Positions 23,770-28,788 of a stretch of 28,788 bases of DNA are shown here, piece by piece. The stretch lies in NCBI GenBank assembly GCA_046757165.1, contig JBHHXT010000047.1, positions 1 through 28,788 of the forward strand, read 5' to 3'. Below the pieces are notes generated by a model. The model searched no databases. It had not been told where the DNA came from and was given only the letters and a program-made list of their open reading frames with translations. The position numbers and the translations under genes are program-made. How positions within the stretch are numbered: the first letter of the stretch is position 1; every line of letters begins with the position of its first letter. This stretch comes from a bacterium (GTDB lineage Bacteria > Zhuqueibacterota > Zhuqueibacteria > Oceanimicrobiales > Oceanimicrobiaceae).

Positions 23770-26322
23770 TCAAAGCCTCACAACCGCCATCTCCCGGTCG
23801 ATTGCTTCAAAGCTGATGTCCTCGAAGCCTTTGCCCTTTTCATCCGTGACCCGCAGGTAAAAGCCCCAATCTCCGAAACCGTTGGTGACCTTCAGCAAGA
23901 TCTTGTTGTCTCCGGGTTGTAGGAGCACCGAGACGATGTCATGGTCGAGCGGCACTTCTTCGGTGCGATAAACTTGCCAGACCAGCTCGTTGTTGAGCCA
24001 CAGTTTGGAGCTCTCATTTGAGGCGAGCCTGATTTGAACTTTGCGCTTTTCCGGTGAATTGACGACAACTGCGGCGTACGCGACCGCCCAGGACCGGGTC
24101 TCGAGCGCGCTTCTGAGGTCAACGTAGCCATCATAGGCACCATCCTGTACCGCATGCCAGGAGAGTTGATGTCCCTGGCTTTGGTAAGTCGACTCGGGTA
24201 CAAGCTGCTTTTCAGGCGGAAAGACTCGATTGAAACCGGCGCGGTTTTCGAAGGGTCCGATAATGCGCCAGCGGTCTTCCAATGGCGTACCCCAGGCGCG
24301 GTAAATTGCTTGCAGTTTGTCGCGCCGTCCGTACTTACCATGATACTGGGCCATAAAATAGCTCGAGATCACCTCGAGGTCTGTGCGGCCGGTTTCTCTG
24401 GCAGAGGTCCGCATGCCGTCGAACAGCGCGAAGTCATACTGCTCACTCTTCGGCTGCAGCCTGATCGCTTCAACGGTGTATTTCCAGGCTGAGCTCCAAC
24501 CAACATGCGGGAAATTCGTCAGCAGGTCCAGGTAGCCCTGATTGTTTGAGGCAAAATACCGGTTGGCTTCCTGGTCATTCCCGGCTCGTAGATGGAGAAT
24601 ACCGAGGTGCATATCATAAAACTGCCTTTGCAGCGACCGTTTTTCCGAGCTGGCAAACTTTTCCAGAATGCGGATCTTTGCCCGTGTATCGAGGTCGGTC
24701 TCGGTGCAGAACATCAGCAAATTGCCCATTTGATAATTGTCCAGATCTCTCGACTTCTTCTGTTCGAAGACAGCTAAGAAGTTGTCGTACACTCTTTTCG
24801 CGGCCGTCAGCTTCCCTTGCGACTCGAGCAGCTCGCCTCCGACCAGCACAGCATAGGCTGATGTCGGCCAGGTCTCTATCGCTTTGTTGATCGCGTGAAC
24901 TGCCTTTGCAGGCTTCCGGAAGCGCCAAAGCAGTCTGGCCCGGTCGGTGTAGGCTCTCGACTCGAGATAACCATTCGGCTCCTGCTCGATCCACTGGTCA
25001 GAATAACGCAGAGCGTTTTGAAGGTCATCCAGTTCGCCGTAGACCTCGCTCAGCTTCCGTGCAGCATTGTAAAATTCCGGCCGCCGTTCGAGCGCCCTGT
25101 TCAACTGCTCAGCGGCCTCGGCCAGGCGGCCAGCTCGCATCAGCACGCTGCCACGGGTGTAAAACAGACCGGGGTCATCCGGCTCGATCTTCTCATATTT
25201 TTCGAGGTTCCAGAGCGCGGCACGAAAATCGCCCCGGTCGGCGTACAGTTTTGCCAATTGATTGTAGACCACCGTACGCTCCGGCGCCAGCTCCAGAATG
25301 GTTTCATATTGTTCCAAAGCGCGGTCATACTGGCAAAACTTGCGCAGGTTGTTTGCTAACTGCAAGCGCGTGTCGACATCGTAGGGTTCGAATTTCAACA
25401 GATCTTGCATGCTCTTCACGAGCTTCTCGACATCTCCCTGCTCCTCCGCCTCCCACAGGTCCAGGAGAATCCGGTCCGGCTCGGAGAGTTTCGCTTTGAA
25501 TTGTCGGGCTTTGTGCAGAAAACGCCCGGAGCTTTCGGGCTGGCCGAGTTTAAAGTGCAACATGGCGAGTTTTAGATGGGCAGAGGCAAAAGCCGTGTCG
25601 AGCGCGACCGCATCGAGCAAGCAGCGCTCGGCTTCGCTATGGAGCCCCTTGTCCATGTTATCTAGTGCCTCGGAGTAACATTTGAAGGCTTCGACCGAGG
25701 TCGTCATGTCGCTCAGGTCCACGGCGGCAACAGCGCTCGCCTGCAGGTCGCCGCGCAAGTTGTCCCGCACACGCTCCGACAGCTCATCGACCATCAGGAA
25801 GACACGCTCCAGACTCTCGCCCTCCACACTTTCGGTGCGAAGGGTTTGGTTGCTGTGCACATCGCGCAAGCTGACTTCGATGTTGAGCTTACCGTCTTTG
25901 TGATAGAATGCGCCGGTCACCAGCGTGGCCACTCTGGCCAGTTTTGCGGCCCGTATGGCGCTGGAAAGCGTGGTCATTTCCGTCTCCTGTCCGCCCACCT
26001 GTGCCAATTTCTCCCGCAGCAGATGGATGGGCACGATGTTGATATACAAGGACTGGGAGAGATCTGCCGCCAACATATCCGCCAACCCGCGGCTCAGCCA
26101 CGCCAGGGTTTCATCTGAGGTGCGATTTTCGAAGTGCAGAATAGCGATGGTATGGCGCTGCTCCGGGTCGACTTGCAGCACGCTGGAAACGGCTGGTACA
26201 TCTGCCGCATCTCCTGGCTTGCCGGGGGCAAGTCTTATTTTGCGATCTGTGCTGTCCGAACACGCAAAACTGAAAACTTGCAGAAGGACATAGAGATAAA
26301 TTGTAATGTTGATCTGACGCAT
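23770..26322 (-). CDS. Lipoprotein with a FlgO/CsgG/TolB-N-like domain, TPR array and C-terminal PA14/galactose-binding-like domain
   Basis: 850 aa; lipobox SFAC; TIAILHFEN...WLSRGLADML; multiple TPRs; WRIIGPFEN...GYVDL...AVAYA...KLWLNNELV...GDNKILLKV...WGFYLR. Confidence 0.85.
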   Translation of the reverse strand: MRQINITIYLYVLLQVFSFACSDSTDRKIRLAPGKPGDAADVPAVSSVLQVDPEQRHTIAILHFENRTSDETLAWLSRGLADMLAADLSQSLYINIVPIHLLREKLAQVGGQETEMTTLSSAIRAAKLARVATLVTGAFYHKDGKLNIEVSLRDVHSNQTLRTESVEGESLERVFLMVDELSERVRDNLRGDLQASAVAAVDLSDMTTSVEAFKCYSEALDNMDKGLHSEAERCLLDAVALDTAFASAHLKLAMLHFKLGQPESSGRFLHKARQFKAKLSEPDRILLDLWEAEEQGDVEKLVKSMQDLLKFEPYDVDTRLQLANNLRKFCQYDRALEQYETILELAPERTVVYNQLAKLYADRGDFRAALWNLEKYEKIEPDDPGLFYTRGSVLMRAGRLAEAAEQLNRALERRPEFYNAARKLSEVYGELDDLQNALRYSDQWIEQEPNGYLESRAYTDRARLLWRFRKPAKAVHAINKAIETWPTSAYAVLVGGELLESQGKLTAAKRVYDNFLAVFEQKKSRDLDNYQMGNLLMFCTETDLDTRAKIRILEKFASSEKRSLQRQFYDMHLGILHLRAGNDQEANRYFASNNQGYLDLLTNFPHVGWSSAWKYTVEAIRLQPKSEQYDFALFDGMRTSARETGRTDLEVISSYFMAQYHGKYGRRDKLQAIYRAWGTPLEDRWRIIGPFENRAGFNRVFPPEKQLVPESTYQSQGHQLSWHAVQDGAYDGYVDLRSALETRSWAVAYAAVVVNSPEKRKVQIRLASNESSKLWLNNELVWQVYRTEEVPLDHDIVSVLLQPGDNKILLKVTNGFGDWGFYLRVTDEKGKGFEDISFEAIDREMAVVRL

Positions 26323-26362
26323 CCTGTTGCTCCGGAAAATTTTACAGGTTGAGGCTGTTGTT

Positions 26363-26441
26363 TTGTTTATTGTGATTTGTGGTTTGAGATTTATTTGGGA
26401 TTTGTTACTTGATATTTGGGATTTCCGGCTTGTCCGGCTTA
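26363..26441. repeat. Degenerate heptamer array (ttgngat) ending in ttccggcttgtccgg
   Basis: ttgtgat, ttgagat, ttgggat, ttgatat, ttgggat, followed by the motif shared with 319-337. Confidence 0.65.
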
Positions 26442-26665
26442 ATTAAATAGGTACGTCCATACCCGTCAATGGTTGCGGATTTTGTTCGCTGCCCCAAGAT
26501 GGAAAAAGACCCGCTTAGTGGCGCCTCGAGTAGCTCCTGAAAGCCTCCAGTTTTTCCCTTTTCCAGAATGGTATATTCTGGCAACCCCAATCCGGCGAGG
26601 AAGCGGCCCACACGGATTTGATGCCGCCGATAGACCAGGACGAATTTGCGAACGGTGGGCTTCAT
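26405..26665 (-). CDS. Possible small hypothetical protein
   Basis: 86 aa; the ATG overlaps the phosphatase stop (ATGA); the C-terminus is encoded by a repeat element; no family recognised. Confidence 0.3.
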   Translation of the reverse strand: MKPTVRKFVLVYRRHQIRVGRFLAGLGLPEYTILEKGKTGGFQELLEAPLSGSFSILGQRTKSATIDGYGRTYLIKPDKPEIPNIK

Positions 26666-28614
26666 TCCGGTTTCTGAACCTGCCGCCCGTTCTGGATGAC
26701 AATCATGGTCAAATCGTCATGCTGATCGGCGCCGGCCGTGAAAGTCGCGACTTCATGTAAAATTCGCTGGCGGATGGCCTCTGGCTTCAACGCACCGCAG
26801 GCGCGGAAGGCATCCAGGAGACGGTGCTCGCCAAATTCTGCTTTGGTGTGATTCATGGATTCTGTGATGCCGTCTGTGAACAGGAGAAGCGTGTCGCCGT
26901 TGTGCAACTCGACCTGTGACTCCTGCAGGGAGCGGGAAAAAACCTCGCTCGCCTCCAGGCCGACGCCCAGGCCACCAGGCGTGAGAACACGGCATTCGCC
27001 ATGACGCCTGATGTGGTACAGGGGATTATGGCCAGCGCGGACAAAGGTGAATTGGCGTGTGTCGGCCTCCAGCACACCGTAAAGCACGGTCGCAAAGACG
27101 GTACGGTCTGCGCCGGAGCAGAAGCCACGATTCAGCTCACACAGCACCTTCCTGGGGGAGCTGTAGATATAGGCCAGAGAGGACATCATGCCTTTGATTT
27201 CGGCCATGTAAAAGGCTGCTGAGGTCCCTTTCCCGCTCACGTCGGCGATGACGACCCCCAGCTTGTTTTTGCTGATGGGGAAAAAATCAAAATAGTCGCC
27301 GCCGATCTCCTGTGCCGGCAAACAGATGCCATCGAATTGATAATCGCCGAAGGTCGGCATCCGGTCCGGCAACAGTTTCTGCTGCACCTCGTGGGCGATT
27401 TCCAGCTCCCGTTTCATTTTTTCCTGCTCACGCAGCTCCTCGGAAAGAAGGGCATTCTCCAGGGCGATGGCGGCCTGCCCGGCCAGGGTACTTGCAAACG
27501 TCGACCGCCTGTTTTCGAGCGCACGGGCAGAACCCTTGCGCCCGAAAACAACCAGTCCGAACACCTCCCGTTTGATCAGCAGGGGCAAAACCACATCCTG
27601 CGGCGCAGCGCGGACGGAGAACAAAGGGTCCTTGACGTGCTCCGGAGCGCTCTCCAGCATGAAGGGTTGCGCCTGCCGGCACAGAAATGTATGGGCTGCC
27701 TCGTCCAGTTGAACAGGGTCCCCGTCGCCACGATTGCAGATCTCCTGGTACCTGCCATTCTTGCCTTTCTGGCGCACATAAAGCCGCACCCTGTCCGCAC
27801 GAACGGCCTGGCCCAGGCTTTTTGTCACCACCGCAGCCAGGTGTTCCAGATGGAAGGACGCACTCATCTCACGACCCATCGTCTCGATGATCTTGCGTTC
27901 CTGCAATCCATCGACCATCAGGTTGAACGTTTTTGCCAGTTGCGCGATCTCATCATGGCCCTCCACCTTCACTTTCTGCTCCGGGCTCCCTTTGGCGATG
28001 GCCGTCATCGCCTGGCTCAACCTTTCCAGCGGACGACTCAGCTTCCGGCTCAAAACCACTGCGATGGCGCTGAAGAACGCCAGAAAAATAATCGCCATGA
28101 CCACGTTGTGCCACACCCCCTGGCGCAGCTCATTGTTGATGTCAACCAATGAAAACCCAACACTTACGCTTCCCAGCACCTTCTCCCCGGACTGGATATT
28201 GACCCGCTGGGTGCGCAGGTCATCGCGACTCTCCTCGGCGATCAATCCCTGGTCCAACTGCCGCACAATCCTGGCGCGTTCGCGCGCCGAAAGCGGCGCA
28301 GGGCGTAACTCGATCCAATTGTGGTTGAGCGCATGCGCGCGCAGCCAATTGCGATCATCATAAACAGCGATATAAACGATGTCCTCGTTCAAGGGCAGCA
28401 GTTGGTCGATGTAGTTCTGATAGTCATTCCAGCTTTGATTCTCCACCAATTGCATGGAAGCGATGTTGCGGGCAACGCGCGCCATTTGTGACTCCACAGC
28501 CGCGCTCTTGTCATGCAGCTCACGGATGGTGAAGAAGTACATGACATCCGCCATGGTGAGGGTAACCACAAACGTGGTGAGGGCGATCAGTTTCGTTCTA
28601 AGAGAAAACTTCAA
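26662..28614 (-). CDS. Membrane-bound SpoIIE/RsbU-like PP2C phosphatase (TM-sensor-TM-HAMP-GAF-PP2C)
   Basis: 650 aa, TTG start; HAMP RPLERL...DEIAQLAKTFN; GAF end AGQAAIALENA; GGDYFDF, IADVSGKG, AGH, FTDGITE and DDLT motifs intact. Confidence 0.95.
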   Translation of the reverse strand: MKFSLRTKLIALTTFVVTLTMADVMYFFTIRELHDKSAAVESQMARVARNIASMQLVENQSWNDYQNYIDQLLPLNEDIVYIAVYDDRNWLRAHALNHNWIELRPAPLSARERARIVRQLDQGLIAEESRDDLRTQRVNIQSGEKVLGSVSVGFSLVDINNELRQGVWHNVVMAIIFLAFFSAIAVVLSRKLSRPLERLSQAMTAIAKGSPEQKVKVEGHDEIAQLAKTFNLMVDGLQERKIIETMGREMSASFHLEHLAAVVTKSLGQAVRADRVRLYVRQKGKNGRYQEICNRGDGDPVQLDEAAHTFLCRQAQPFMLESAPEHVKDPLFSVRAAPQDVVLPLLIKREVFGLVVFGRKGSARALENRRSTFASTLAGQAAIALENALLSEELREQEKMKRELEIAHEVQQKLLPDRMPTFGDYQFDGICLPAQEIGGDYFDFFPISKNKLGVVIADVSGKGTSAAFYMAEIKGMMSSLAYIYSSPRKVLCELNRGFCSGADRTVFATVLYGVLEADTRQFTFVRAGHNPLYHIRRHGECRVLTPGGLGVGLEASEVFSRSLQESQVELHNGDTLLLFTDGITESMNHTKAEFGEHRLLDAFRACGALKPEAIRQRILHEVATFTAGADQHDDLTMIVIQNGRQVQKPE

Positions 28615-28788
28615 CAGCCGGGTGCCTTGTCCGTAAATGATTGCAAGCGAGTCCTCTCAATTTACTGTCGCGGGAGCGTTCGAGTTCCTTTAGGAGTCGC
28701 TGCCATGACGACGGCTGTGGATAATGAAATGGCATTTCGAAGACGTGAATCAAATGGATTTGCGCCTCGAATTCTTCGGCCAAATCCA
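28598..28788 (-). CDS. 3' end of a universal stress protein (USP)-like ORF, apparently truncated
   Basis: Frame open from the window edge: DLAEEFEAQIHLIHVFE plus a helix, as in USP alpha1-beta2; the stop overlaps the phosphatase start. Confidence 0.5.
   Translation of the reverse strand, partial: DLAEEFEAQIHLIHVFEMPFHYPQPSSWQRLLKELERSRDSKLRGLACNHLRTRHPAVEVFS

Noticed and set aside
27337..28152. 271-aa plus-strand ORF
   Set aside because: Antisense shadow of the PP2C phosphatase gene.

Overview
Bacterial genomic DNA with a gene repertoire typical of non-Bacteroidota FCB-group lineages such as KSB1 or Calditrichaeota (inferred from gene content only). The core is a ~10 kb minus-strand operon: two paralogous lipoproteins, a TonB-dependent transporter, a secreted protein with a T9SS-like C-terminal domain (CTD), and a PorV/PorQ-family barrel. 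It has a near-consensus sigma70 promoter overlapped by a palindromic operator candidate, a divergent XRE-cupin regulator, twin intercistronic hairpins and an intrinsic terminator. It resembles a SusCD-like uptake locus with no recognisable SusD and its own PorV paralogue. To the left lie a DinB protein, an M1-peptidase homologue lacking its zinc ligands and fused to an Omp85-like barrel, a TerB-like gene behind a ~245-nt structured leader, a small coiled-coil protein, a GWxTD protein and an M28 peptidase lipoprotein. To the right lie an FG-GAP/7x'SPNGGE'/CTD surface protein, a short Rieske-oxygenase relic, a FlgO-like/TPR/PA14-like lipoprotein, a HAMP-GAF-PP2C phosphatase and a truncated USP-like fragment. 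Intergenic DNA is rich in REP-like palindromes of several families. No rRNA, tRNA, CRISPR array or transposase was seen. All calls are by eye; no searches were run.
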